From assembly GCA_965242675.1 (NCBI GenBank), contig CBDESW010000039.1, forward strand, positions 20,122 to 84,121: a stretch of DNA of 64,000 nucleotides. Direction: 5' to 3'. Numbering within the stretch: the stretch's first letter is position 1; every line of letters starts with the position of its first letter. Position numbers and translations under genes: made by a program. The notes beneath the pieces were generated by a model that was given only the letters and a program-made list of their open reading frames with translations, ran no database searches and was not told where the DNA came from. Origin of the DNA: Dehalococcoidia bacterium (GTDB lineage: Bacteria > Chloroflexota > Dehalococcoidia > Lucifugimonadales > UBA1123). Of the stretch, positions 19,146 to 28,102 are shown one piece after another.

Positions 19146-19811
19146 ATGCCGACTCTGGACGCTCCCAGCATATCCACGCTCATCATCTCCGCCGCGCTCG
19201 CCTATCTCATCGGGGCGTTGCCGGTCGCCGACCGCGTCAGCCGGCGGCGGGGGGTCAACATTTTCGAGTCCGGCACCGGGCTCGCCGGGGCGACCAACGT
19301 CCTCAAAAGCGTCGGCAAGCTGCCCGCCATCGTCGTGTTCATCTGCGACATGGCGAAGGGCGTCATCGTGGTGTTCGCCGCCCAGCGTTTGTTCGGCATG
19401 GACGGCGCCTGGATAGTCGTCCCCGTCGCCGCCGCCGTCGTGGGGCAGTGGAACTCGGTGTTCAACCGATTCAAGGGCGGGGACGGGCTGGTCGTTCTCG
19501 GCGGCGCGACCATCATCGCCTTCCCCGAATACGCCATCGGCTTCATCGGCGTGGCTTGCGCCGCCGCCATCGCCCTCGTCGCCCAGCGGATGCCATTCAG
19601 CTCGCTGTTCAACGTTCCCATAGGCTACGGCGTCATCATCGCCCTGTCCAACGCCGTGGGGAATGACATCAACGCGCCGATTGCGATGGGCTGCCTAGGG
19701 GTAGCCGTGTTCGGACACGCCCTGCTGGGACACGCCCGCCGGCGGCGGTCGTCCGAAGACGAGGAAGAGGATTCAGACGACGTCTTCGAGAGCGAAGTCG
19801 AACGGCGGTGA
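19146..19811 (+). CDS. plsY: PlsY-family membrane protein (glycerol-3-phosphate acyltransferase-like)
   Basis: AYLIGALPVAD..GTGLAGATNVLKSVGK..VFICDMAKG..FKGGDGL parallels the PlsY motifs GSGNPGATNV / D.LKG / FKGGKG. It has an acidic C-terminal tail and some motif residues diverge. Confidence 0.6.
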   Translation: MPTLDAPSISTLIISAALAYLIGALPVADRVSRRRGVNIFESGTGLAGATNVLKSVGKLPAIVVFICDMAKGVIVVFAAQRLFGMDGAWIVVPVAAAVVGQWNSVFNRFKGGDGLVVLGGATIIAFPEYAIGFIGVACAAAIALVAQRMPFSSLFNVPIGYGVIIALSNAVGNDINAPIAMGCLGVAVFGHALLGHARRRRSSEDEEEDSDDVFESEVERR

Positions 19812-19870
19812 GCGGGGGCGCCGGGATTCGGCGCTTTGGGGCATGTTTGGATTGGCGGGCAATCCGCGCG

Positions 19871-20070
19871 GGACTGCGCCTGGCGGCGCAGGCGCCCTCA
19901 CCCTAGCCCTCTCCCATCAAGGGAGAGGGGATTCGTTGGCTTCTTCATTTCAAGACTGGTTGTCAGCGGCTGTCTTGTCCCCGCTTTCGCGAGAATGACG
20001 TTGTTGGGCGACTCTGGATTCCCGCCCCCGCTTCCGCGAGGGTGACGTTCCTTCGCGGGAATGGCGGGGG
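19871..20070. repeat. Modular intergenic repeat cluster (A0-A-B-C-D variant)
   Basis: gactgcgcctggcggcgcag + ccctcaccctagccctctcccatcaagggagaggggat + .. + ttgtccccgctttcgcgagaatgacgttgttgg + tctggattcccgccccc..cgcgggaatggcgggg. Confidence 0.85.
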
Positions 20071-20096
20071 AATGGAAATCAGGGCGCGAAACCGCT

Positions 20097-21056
20097 CTAT
20101 CCCCCGCCCGCCGGCGGCTCCTCCGCCACTTCCGCGAGCCTTAGCAGCAAGCCCGCCGCCGCTCGGTTGTCCACTATGTAAACCGTCTGCGTGGACGGAA
20201 TCGAGAGATACATGCTTTGGGCGTCCCGCCGCAGGAAGCGCAGGCGGGTTCCGGGGGTTTGGGAGTCTTCGCGCGTCCGGACGCGGACCATGGCGTCCGG
20301 GACGGCGAAATTCAGCGCGTCCGCCTCTTCTTCGTCGGCGAAGCCGGACGCCACCACCAGTTGAATCGCCGAGAATACGCTCCCCAGCGCGAACTGGTTG
20401 ACCGCCAGATCGCCGCCGTCCGGCGTCAGGGCGCGCCATTCGCCGTCCTCGTTCTGGCGCAGGGCGAACTGCTCGTCCAGATACGCGAACTGAATCTCGC
20501 TTATCTCATTCGGCGGGATGGACGCGGCGACAGGGTTCTTCCAAGTGTCCGGGTCCGGGTCGAATATGTTGCCGGCGGGGCAGGGGATGCCGTAAGTTTC
20601 GTCCTGCCCGGAGCGGCGGAAGTAGCACAGGCGGACATTCTGCTTCCAAGTCCCCACTATGAACTTTTCCTGAAGCGAGCGCCCGCCCTGGAAGTAGGAA
20701 ACCTCTATCGCGTCGCCGTCGACCACGCCCATGCGGGGGTGGTTGTTCGGGTTTATCGAGACCAGCTGGGCGTCGTAGAGGTCGGAAGTCGCCTGCCAGA
20801 ACTGCGCCATGCGCGGCTCGAACACCGGCTGATTGTCCACGAACCAGGTGAACTCTTCCGCCGAGCCGAGACGCCTTATCTCCGTGCTGAACTCGCCGCC
20901 TTCCACTAGGATGCGGTCGCTCGCCTGCGGGCCCACTTGCACAAGCCCCTCAAGCACGACTTCATCGCCGCCGGAGGCGATTACGCGGAAGGCGATTCCC
21001 GCCAAGCCGACGGCGATTAGGGCTATGAGGACGTATCCGAGTTGTCTGCTTTTCAT
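20097..21056 (-). CDS. DUF4340-like protein (third gene of the GldG-type ABC cluster)
   Basis: 319-aa ORF with an N-terminal TM anchor, 4-nt overlap with the upstream GldG-like gene, and the usual DUF4340 position. Confidence 0.55.
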   Translation of the reverse strand: MKSRQLGYVLIALIAVGLAGIAFRVIASGGDEVVLEGLVQVGPQASDRILVEGGEFSTEIRRLGSAEEFTWFVDNQPVFEPRMAQFWQATSDLYDAQLVSINPNNHPRMGVVDGDAIEVSYFQGGRSLQEKFIVGTWKQNVRLCYFRRSGQDETYGIPCPAGNIFDPDPDTWKNPVAASIPPNEISEIQFAYLDEQFALRQNEDGEWRALTPDGGDLAVNQFALGSVFSAIQLVVASGFADEEEADALNFAVPDAMVRVRTREDSQTPGTRLRFLRRDAQSMYLSIPSTQTVYIVDNRAAAGLLLRLAEVAEEPPAGGG

Positions 21057-23392
21057 TCGGAGTCATTCTCCTCGCCGCGTTCGCGCCGTTCGCGCCGCCG
21101 CCGTCCGCGCAAGCCGCTGATTCCCGACGACCGAACCGATTGCCCGTAGCGGAAGAATCCGAACCGCCGCCGCCGCAGGGCGCGCGCCAAGCCAATCGCA
21201 ATCAGCAACGCGGGGACGCCCGCGACGTTCGCCCAGCGCGCGACGTTCTCATGCGTCGGCGACGTGAACAGCAGCGCGCGGGACGTCACGACCTTCTTGC
21301 GGACGTCCGCCAGAATATCCTCTTGCGCCAGCCAATCGACCATGTTCAAGCCGAGAAATATGTTCCCCTGCGCGCGCGCGACTATGGAATCCGAAAGCCA
21401 CTCGGCGTCGCCGGCGACGAACAGGCGGTATCCGCGCTCCCCCTCGCCGCGCTCGCTTTCGGAAATGGCGACTCCCATGAGGCTCTGAACCATGTTGCCG
21501 GGTTGGATTTCGTTGAAAATCGGCGCGTTGGGGCTGACGTCTCCGTACTGGAAATCAATGGCGGCGAACTCGGTGCTTTCGATGATGGGCAGGACTTCCA
21601 CGCGCCCGCGCGCCGATTCCGCCACGCCGATGGAGCTCGCCCACGGCATGAGCGCCGACTGTATGCCGCCGGCGACAGTGGCGTCCACAACCCGCGCGCG
21701 CGCCCAGAAGGGGTAGGGGATGAACACGCTTCCCTGCTGGCTGTTGAAGGACAGCGTTTCGTTGGACTGCAGGTCGAAAATCAGGTCGTCCTCCACAATC
21801 ACGCCGAACTCGGCGGGCAGGCGCGCGAAGCTGTTTCTGTTCGGAACCGCCACAAGCCGCGACTGGTCAATGACGACCGATTCAATGAGAATCATCGCCT
21901 TGCCGCCCGCCAGAATGTACTCGCGGACGGCGTCCGCCGTCTCGTCCGGAATCGCCGCGTTGGGGCCCGCGATTACCAGAACGTCCACCCCGCCCAAGTC
22001 AATGGCGGCGGTTTCGGATGCGTCTATTTCCGTCACGTCGTAAGTGTCCGAAAGCAGTCCGGCGAAGGCGGCGTAGCCGGCGGACGGTCCCAACTCGCCG
22101 TGTCCGGTGAGGAACGCCACGGTCTTCTTCTCGCTCTCGAGCATCCGATACGCCAGCGACGCCAGGCGATACTCGAAGCCGTCGAATCCGGCGATGAACG
22201 GCAATGTCAGGCGCTGGTCGACGTAAGTCATCGCCATGCCGGAGTAGCCGCTGGTGATTTCCAAGCGCCCCTGGCTTTGGACATTGAACTGCCTGGGCGC
22301 GACGCCGGCGTTTTGCGCCTTGCGGGTTTCGTCCGGGTCGTCTTCGGGGTAGCGGCGAACTAGGTTCACTCTGCCGTCGGACGCGGCTTCGAAATCCGCC
22401 AGAAAGTCCCCGACGTCGCGCGCCGTCGCCGCTATCTGCACCGGCGGCTCGCGCGATTCGAAGAATTCGACCGTGAGGACGTCGTCCAGGCGCTCCAGTA
22501 TGCTAGCCGTCGCCGGGCTTAGGGTGAAGAGCCGGTCTTCGGTCAAATCGAGCCGCCCCGCGATGGAGCTGCCCGACCATCCGATGAGCAGGCTGAAGAC
22601 GATTAGCCCGACCGTCCCCAGTTGCAGGTTGCGGTACTGCGCCGATTTGCGGCTGAGCGTGCGCCCGCGAATTATCAGGAATGTGGCGCTCAGGAAGGTC
22701 GAAACCAGCGCCGCGAAGTACAGCACGTCGCGCAGATGAACCACGCCGCGCGCGATGCTGGAGAAGTGCGTCACCGGGCTTAGCGCCTGCAACAATGCCG
22801 CCACATTCTGCGGCAATGTCACCGCCACAATGTCGAGACCCATCACCATCAGCAGCATCGTCGTGAGCAGCCCCAGAATGAACGCCACTATCTGGTTGCG
22901 CGTGAGGCTTGAGGTGAACAGTCCGATGGAGACGAACGCCGCCGCCAGCAGCAGGGCGCTCAGATACTGCCCGACCGCCGCGCCGACGTCCAAATCGCCC
23001 GCCGTCATGACCGCTATGGGCAGCCCCAGCGTGGCGATGATGGCGAACGCCACGAAGGCGAACCCGGACAGGAACTTGGAGAACAGCACCGTCCAGCCGC
23101 GTATCGGATGCGTGAGGAGCAGCTCCAGCGTTCCGTCGCGGTTCTCTTCCGCCAGCAGGCGCATGGTCGCCGCCGGGACGAAAATCGCCAGCAACCAGGG
23201 GAGGGACGGGTTCTGGATTTGGAACTCGACCGTGAACAGCGGGCGGAGCGAGGCTTCGCCGGCGAGTATCGCCTGCCCGAAGAACACCAGCGACAGCGCC
23301 GCCACGAACGGCACGATGAGAATGTACGCCGCCGGCTGGTCGAAGTAGCCCTTGAGGTCTTTTTTGATGAGCGCGAAAAGGGGCGAGCGCAT
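21053..23392 (-). CDS. Fused ABC-2 type permease / GldG-like auxiliary protein
   Basis: 779-aa ORF. The N-terminal ~250 aa form a multi-TM ABC-2 permease. A large extracytoplasmic GldG-like domain follows, then a C-terminal TM. Confidence 0.75.
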   Translation of the reverse strand: MRSPLFALIKKDLKGYFDQPAAYILIVPFVAALSLVFFGQAILAGEASLRPLFTVEFQIQNPSLPWLLAIFVPAATMRLLAEENRDGTLELLLTHPIRGWTVLFSKFLSGFAFVAFAIIATLGLPIAVMTAGDLDVGAAVGQYLSALLLAAAFVSIGLFTSSLTRNQIVAFILGLLTTMLLMVMGLDIVAVTLPQNVAALLQALSPVTHFSSIARGVVHLRDVLYFAALVSTFLSATFLIIRGRTLSRKSAQYRNLQLGTVGLIVFSLLIGWSGSSIAGRLDLTEDRLFTLSPATASILERLDDVLTVEFFESREPPVQIAATARDVGDFLADFEAASDGRVNLVRRYPEDDPDETRKAQNAGVAPRQFNVQSQGRLEITSGYSGMAMTYVDQRLTLPFIAGFDGFEYRLASLAYRMLESEKKTVAFLTGHGELGPSAGYAAFAGLLSDTYDVTEIDASETAAIDLGGVDVLVIAGPNAAIPDETADAVREYILAGGKAMILIESVVIDQSRLVAVPNRNSFARLPAEFGVIVEDDLIFDLQSNETLSFNSQQGSVFIPYPFWARARVVDATVAGGIQSALMPWASSIGVAESARGRVEVLPIIESTEFAAIDFQYGDVSPNAPIFNEIQPGNMVQSLMGVAISESERGEGERGYRLFVAGDAEWLSDSIVARAQGNIFLGLNMVDWLAQEDILADVRKKVVTSRALLFTSPTHENVARWANVAGVPALLIAIGLARALRRRRFGFFRYGQSVRSSGISGLRGRRRRERRERGEENDSE

Positions 23393-23395
23393 CGT

Positions 23396-24313
23396 TTAGG
23401 AATCGCCTCCGTCGTCTTCGGACGCCGCCGACGCGTCGGCGGTGAGATTGTGGAACACGTCTTCAAGGCGCGGACGCTCCTCGCGCAGCTCCCACAGCGT
23501 CCAACCGCGCGCCTTCGCCAGTCGGAAGATGTCGGCGCGCGGGTCGTCGTCGCCGGCGACCTTGAGGCGGTAGCGCTTGCGACCGCCGTCAACGCCCTCG
23601 CTGACCGCCTCCGCGACGGAGTCCAAAGTGGCGAGCGCCGCTTCCACGCCGTCGCCTTCCACTTCGATGTGGACGCTCCGCGACGCCAGCGCCTGCTTGA
23701 GCAAATCCTGAACCGGGCTGTTGGCGACCAGCTTGCCGCGGCTTATCACAAGAACGCGCTCGCAAGTGTTTTCCACTTCCTGCATGACGTGGGTGCTGAG
23801 AAGCACAGTCCGATTGCCGCCGAGCCGCCGTATCAAGTCGCGTATCGTGATGCGCTGGTTGGGGTCTAGCCCTTCGGTGGGCTCGTCCAAAACCAAGACG
23901 GAAGGGCGATGCAGAATCGCCTGCGCCAGCCCGACGCGCTGATGGTAGCCTTTGGACAGCTCGTGAATCGGGCGGTAGTAGTATTCCTGAAGCCCGGTTT
24001 CCTCGACTGTCAGATCGAGATTGCGCTTGCGCTCCGCGCCCGCAAGCCCGCGCAACTCGGCGACGAACGCCAGATACTCCGAGACAAGCATATCCTCATA
24101 CAGCGGGTTGTTCTCCGGCAGATAGCCGATGGAGGCGCGGGTCTCGATGTCGTCCTCCTGCGTGTCGCGCCCGTTGATGGCGATGGCGCCGATGTCGGGG
24201 GTGTAGTAGGACGTGAGCATCCGCATGGTGGTGGTTTTGCCGGAGCCGTTGGGCCCCAGAAACCCCACAATCTCGCCGCGCAGGACGTCGAACGACAAGT
24301 TGTCGACCGCCAC
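23396..24313 (-). CDS. ABC transporter ATP-binding protein (N-terminal ~30 codons lie in another frame up to 24410)
   Basis: GPNGSGKTTT (Walker A), LSKGYHQRVGLA (signature) and VLVLDEPT (Walker B). ORF 24096..24410 supplies MADDITKE..VKGVTKRFG. Removing one C from the CCCC run at 24320-24323 joins them as ..KRFGPRVAVDNLSF.. Confidence 0.85.
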   Translation of the reverse strand: MAVDNLSFDVLRGEIVGFLGPNGSGKTTTMRMLTSYYTPDIGAIAINGRDTQEDDIETRASIGYLPENNPLYEDMLVSEYLAFVAELRGLAGAERKRNLDLTVEETGLQEYYYRPIHELSKGYHQRVGLAQAILHRPSVLVLDEPTEGLDPNQRITIRDLIRRLGGNRTVLLSTHVMQEVENTCERVLVISRGKLVANSPVQDLLKQALASRSVHIEVEGDGVEAALATLDSVAEAVSEGVDGGRKRYRLKVAGDDDPRADIFRLAKARGWTLWELREERPRLEDVFHNLTADASAASEDDGGDS

Positions 24314-24576
24314 CCGCGGCCCCGAACCGCTTGGTGACGCCCTTGACGCTGATAGTGGCGGCGGCGGATTCCGCGCCGTTTGATTTTTCTTTGGTTATGT
24401 CGTCTGCCATGAAACGCCTTTCTTCGTCAAGAAGATATACGCAGGGGGCGGGGTTAGCGGATTTATGGGGTTGTTGATTTGCTAAATCGGCTCACTTGTC
24501 AGAGTGAACCTTCCATCGCCGTGTCTATTCCCAAACCGGAAGTCCACGGCGTTACATGTCCGACAATGGAACGGCA

Positions 24577-24984
24577 TTACCAGCGACCTATAATCCTTTT
24601 TATCTCGTCCATGATGTTCGTTATCCACATTTCCATAGGCGTGAGGAGACGAGACCGAACGACATACAGGTAGTATGGCGGCTTTGCCAACTGACCGCCG
24701 CCTCCGCCCTGCTTGTTGTCGGAATCTTGATGCTTGCTGACCAAGATGGCTTCTAGTTTCCGAATCGGATTAGACGTCTCCGTCTGACAGAGAACCACCA
24801 TCTCCTGATACCTGTCCCCAGTATCATAGCAATACTCGTCAGCTCTTCTTCTGGGGTCGGAGGTGATGCCAATCTTGAATTTTCTGTTGCTCGTGAGTCG
24901 GGTTATCCTCCTGCTCGCGTTAGCGACTATTTTGTCGCTAAGCGGTCCTGATTTCACTTTCTTTACTTTCCAAGTAACAATCAT
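24577..24984 (-). CDS. Hypothetical small protein, cassette family A copy 1 (possible GIY-YIG-like core)
   Basis: 135-aa ORF. FKIGITSDPRRRADEY .. LEAILV .. N..GGGGG .. YYLYVV follows the order of YIG / R / E / N motifs of GIY-YIG nucleases. Paralog at 26087..26479. Confidence 0.45.
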   Translation of the reverse strand: MIVTWKVKKVKSGPLSDKIVANASRRITRLTSNRKFKIGITSDPRRRADEYCYDTGDRYQEMVVLCQTETSNPIRKLEAILVSKHQDSDNKQGGGGGQLAKPPYYLYVVRSRLLTPMEMWITNIMDEIKRIIGRW

Positions 24985-25056
24985 CGCATCCCTCCCAGCG
25001 AAGCGAATTTTGCGTCTTGACGCCGAACTCGGATTTTACCCCCAACTCGAGCCTCA

Positions 25057-25284
25057 TCACAACCTATCGAACTCATCCCGCGTCAAGCCGGCTTGTCGGA
25101 TTATCGTTCTCAGCGTCCCCACAGCCACCTCTCTGTGACGCGGCACGATTGTGACGAAGGGGCGACTTCCATCGCTCCGTTTCACGAACTTCACGTGGCT
25201 GCCGTTTTGACTTTCTTCAACGAACCCCGCCGCCCGAAGTTTGCGGACGACGCGGCGATACGGCATGGGTCTAAGTGGCGGCAA
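25057..25284 (-). CDS. hicA: HicA-family toxin (mRNA interferase)
   Basis: 75 aa. ..LRAAGFVEESQNGSHVKFVK..VTIVPRH.EVAVGTLRTIIRQAGL.. is a typical HicA/YcfA signature. Confidence 0.8.
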   Translation of the reverse strand: MPPLRPMPYRRVVRKLRAAGFVEESQNGSHVKFVKRSDGSRPFVTIVPRHREVAVGTLRTIIRQAGLTRDEFDRL

Positions 25285-25477
25285 TCTCCACCTCGACCCG
25301 CCTGATTTTCGGCAACGCTTTCGCGACCGGCGGCTGAAAGTACAACTCCAGCGCCTCGCGCAGGTTGTCGAGCGCCTCGTCTTCCGAAAGCCCCTGACTC
25401 GCCACGTCCACCTCTAGCGCTTGCGCCACGTACCAATCGCCCTCTCGCGTGACGCTTGCGTTGAAAGACCGTTTCAT
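25271..25477 (-). CDS. hicB: HicB-family antitoxin (short form)
   Basis: 68 aa. ..EGDWYVAQALEVDVASQGLSEDEALDNLREALELYF.. Overlaps hicA by 14 nt. Confidence 0.75.
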   Translation of the reverse strand: MKRSFNASVTREGDWYVAQALEVDVASQGLSEDEALDNLREALELYFQPPVAKALPKIRRVEVEIAAT

Positions 25478-25501
25478 TTTTTGCCGCCTCTCTGAATTCC
25501 G

Positions 25502-25855
25502 CTAAGCCAGCCCTTCCACCGGGACGAGCAACTTGTTCACCAGGTCTATTCCCAGACCGAAGTTTTCGAGCGTCACCGCCCCCAGCAACGGAGTGGCGCT
25601 GTCGTCGCTGAAAATCACCGGGGTGGTGCCGTTCATGCCATTCAACTTCGCCCAGGTGTATCCGATGTGGCGGACAATCCGGGAACCGTCCGCCAACCTG
25701 AAAGCCATTGTCCGGTCCGGCTTCACTCCCAACCCGTACAGCAACGTGGACGGGAGGAAAGTGTAAGTCGACCCCGAATCCACAAGCGCATTGACCGGTT
25801 CGAACCGCTTGCCGTCCGGGTCGCCTATTCCCAAATCGACTCTGAACGTTCCCAT
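25502..25855 (-). CDS. Retropepsin-like (clan AA) aspartyl protease, intact D-S-G copy (P1)
   Basis: MGTFRVDLGIGDPDGKRFEPVNALVDSGSTYTFLP.. with the catalytic DSG. Start at the second ATG of ORF 25502..25891. Confidence 0.7.
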   Translation of the reverse strand: MGTFRVDLGIGDPDGKRFEPVNALVDSGSTYTFLPSTLLYGLGVKPDRTMAFRLADGSRIVRHIGYTWAKLNGMNGTTPVIFSDDSATPLLGAVTLENFGLGIDLVNKLLVPVEGLA

Positions 25856-25865
25856 ATTGCCCTCC

Positions 25866-26099
25866 TTACAACCGCGCTCTGATTGGAACAATCCTGCCGT
25901 TCGCTTCGTCTATCTCCCGGAAGACCGACGCCAGCGTCACATGCCCCAGCGTGGGAACGGCGCCGTCATCGCCGAAAACCACGGGGGCGATGCCCTCCGC
26001 GCCGTTCACCCTAACCCAAGTCTGGGCGAATCTGCGCTCGATGCGCGAGCCGTCCGGCAACTCGAAAGCGGCCATCCGATGGGATTTCATCCCCACCAC
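25866..26099 (-). pseudogene. C-terminal fragment of a retropepsin-like paralog (P2)
   Basis: ..HRMAAFELPDGSRIERRFAQTWVRVNGAEGIAPVVFGDDGAVPTLGHVTL..ANGRIVPIRARL is collinear with the C-terminal two-thirds of 27610..27963. The N-terminal active-site half is missing. Confidence 0.6.
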
Positions 26100-26479
26100 C
26101 GGAATCGTCTTATGAGGCGAGAGCGAACGATGTACAGGTAGTATGGTCCACGCCTTCCTATGAGGCCGCCGCCGCCGCCCTGTTCGTTATCGGAGCCTTG
26201 CATGTGCTTTCTGACCAACATGGCTTCCATGTCCCGAACTCTCTGGCGGCCCCCCGTCTGATAGAGAACCACCATTTGGTGATACCTACCAGAGTCACGA
26301 GAGTCATACTCGCTGGCTCTTCTTTCGGGGTCGTTGGTGATGCCTATCTTGAAGTTTCTCCTGAAGTTTCTCTTGCCCCTCTTGTATTGAGCTATCCTCC
26401 TGTGCAAGGTCAAGAACTCGTCCGAGTTTTCGGTGAGCGGCCCAGACTTCCCTTTTTCTACCCTCCAAGTGACAATCAT
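26087..26479 (-). CDS. Hypothetical small protein, cassette family A copy 2
   Basis: Starts at MIVTWRVEKGK within ORF 26087..26560. It has the same motif order as 24577..24984. About 60 nt upstream of both ATGs is conserved (gggtaaaatccgagttc.gc.tcaagacgcaaa.tt.gc..ggaggga). Confidence 0.45.
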   Translation of the reverse strand: MIVTWRVEKGKSGPLTENSDEFLTLHRRIAQYKRGKRNFRRNFKIGITNDPERRASEYDSRDSGRYHQMVVLYQTGGRQRVRDMEAMLVRKHMQGSDNEQGGGGGLIGRRGPYYLYIVRSRLIRRFRWWG

Positions 26480-26574
26480 TGCATCCCTCCTTCGCCATGC
26501 AAACTTTGCGTCTTGATGCTGAACTCGGATTTTACCCTCGTCGCAGATAAAGCCGTCCATTCCGCTAAGGTTTA

Positions 26575-26740
26575 CCCAAGTCTGGGCGAACCCTCACTTG
26601 ATGCGTGAACCGTCCACCAACTTGAAAGTCACCGTCCGATGCGGTTTGACGCACAAATCGGCGAGTAGGGCGGACGGCAGGACAGCGTAAGGCGTCCAAG
26701 AACCCGCGAGCGCATCAACCCGCTTGCAGTCCGGTCGACT
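26575..26740 (-). pseudogene. Degenerate N-terminal fragment of a retropepsin-like paralog (P3)
   Basis: The nucleotide string acccaagtctgggcgaa..ccgatgcggtttgacgc..agggcggacggcagga..gcgtaaggcgtcc aligns with 27760-27880 of P4. It contains an in-frame stop. Confidence 0.4.
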
Positions 26741-27314
26741 ATCTCGATTTTGGCAACGGGACGCCTCTCAGCCAGTCGTTCACCCCTTTGATTCCGATTT
26801 TCTTAGCGGCTAGCAGGACGAGTTCAGCCGCCGCTCTAGCGTCTTCGCCAGCGTCGTGGGAGTCGTAGCGGATTCCCAATCTCGGCGCTATTTTCGGCAA
26901 ACTATGGCTTGACCTGCGGGGCCAGACCTTCTTCGCTAGCGCCCAGCAACTGTCCCGCCACTCATTTCTGAGCATCGGCAATCTGTGACGCCTACAGGCT
27001 CGGCGAATGACGTCTTCGTCAGACAGCGTATGGCTCACTATTCTCCCGCCCGCGACGCTTCCCTTGATTTCGGGGTATACGTCCCTAAAGGACGGCTCGC
27101 CGCGCACATCAGCGGGGTGGATGCCATGTGTCTCGCTATTTTTCCACCACCACTCACTGGCGTCGATTTGCGGGTCTATCAACTGAGACCAGTTGTCCAC
27201 AATTTCCCCTGATTTTACGACGGCGACTCCGACCTGACAGATGCTCCACTTCAGATCTCTAGTGGGGTTCGCAGTTTCAACATCTATCACCGCGAAGTTC
27301 AAGATTCTCGCCAT
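26739..27314 (-). CDS. DEDDh-type 3'-5' exonuclease (DnaQ/epsilon-like)
   Basis: Starts at MARILNFAVIDVETAN (Exo I DxE). SHDAGEDARAAAEL gives Exo III H-x4-D. ORF 26739..27401. Confidence 0.7.
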   Translation of the reverse strand: MARILNFAVIDVETANPTRDLKWSICQVGVAVVKSGEIVDNWSQLIDPQIDASEWWWKNSETHGIHPADVRGEPSFRDVYPEIKGSVAGGRIVSHTLSDEDVIRRACRRHRLPMLRNEWRDSCWALAKKVWPRRSSHSLPKIAPRLGIRYDSHDAGEDARAAAELVLLAAKKIGIKGVNDWLRGVPLPKSR

Positions 27315-27454
27315 TCCAGTCTCCGTTCGTTTAGTTAATCTAAAAGAGGCTTGTCGCCCAACGTACTTTATAGGATACCCCACTTCCTTTATCGTCCGCA
27401 AACAATTTAGGAAGGTTGGGAAATTCGCAATAGGTCAACCCGTCCGCGCGCAAA

Positions 27455-27513
27455 CCTGCGCATAGCGGCGCAGTCACCCTCACCCTAGCCCTCTCCCATC
27501 AAGGGAGAGGTGA
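27455..27513. repeat. A0-A modules of the interspersed repeat family
   Basis: cctgcgcatagcggcgcag + tcaccctcaccctagccctctcccatcaagggagaggtgat. Confidence 0.8.
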
Positions 27514-27609
27514 TTTGTCGACCGATATTCGCGCTTGTTTTCGGTTTGACATCGCTGGAGGGAGACTTTGGCAAATTTTTCTCGTCGTAAATTCACCAAC
27601 CGCCCAACC

Positions 27610-27963
27610 TTACAACCTCGCCTTGATTGGAACAATCCTGCCGTTCGCTTCGTCTATCTCCAGTCTGATCGCCGCCAGCGTCACATGCCCCAGCGCAGGA
27701 ACGGCGTCATCATCGCCGAAAACCACGGGGGCGATGCCTTCCGCGCCGTTCACCCTGACCCAAGTCTGGGCGAATCCGAGTTCGATGCGCGAGCCGTCCG
27801 CCGTCTCGAAAGCCGCCATCCGATGCGGTTTGACGCCTAGACTTTCGAGCAGGGCGGACGGCAGGACGGCGTAAGGCGTCCGCGAATTGGCGAGCGCGTT
27901 GATTCGTATGAACTGTCTGCCGTCCGGGTCGCCTATTTGGATTTCGACGTTGAACGTTCCCAT
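27610..27963 (-). CDS. Retropepsin-like paralog with a degenerate active site (P4)
   Basis: MGTFNVEIQIGDPDGRQFIRINALANSRTPYAVLP.. has N-S-R where P1 has D-S-G. Flanked on both sides by A-module repeats. Confidence 0.6.
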   Translation of the reverse strand: MGTFNVEIQIGDPDGRQFIRINALANSRTPYAVLPSALLESLGVKPHRMAAFETADGSRIELGFAQTWVRVNGAEGIAPVVFGDDDAVPALGHVTLAAIRLEIDEANGRIVPIKARL

Positions 27964-27996
27964 GTCGTCCGCGCTTAATTGGACTTGCGGGGGCAA

Positions 27997-28055
27997 CTGC
28001 GCCTAGCGGCGCAGGCACCCTCACCCTAACCCTCTCCCATCAAGGGAGAGGGGAT
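27997..28055. repeat. A0-A modules of the interspersed repeat family
   Basis: actgcgcctagcggcgcag + gcaccctcaccctaaccctctcccatcaagggagaggggat. Confidence 0.8.
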
Positions 28056-28102
28056 TTGTTGGTTGAGATTCGCGCCTGTTTTCGGCGGACACGCCTCCCG
28101 CA

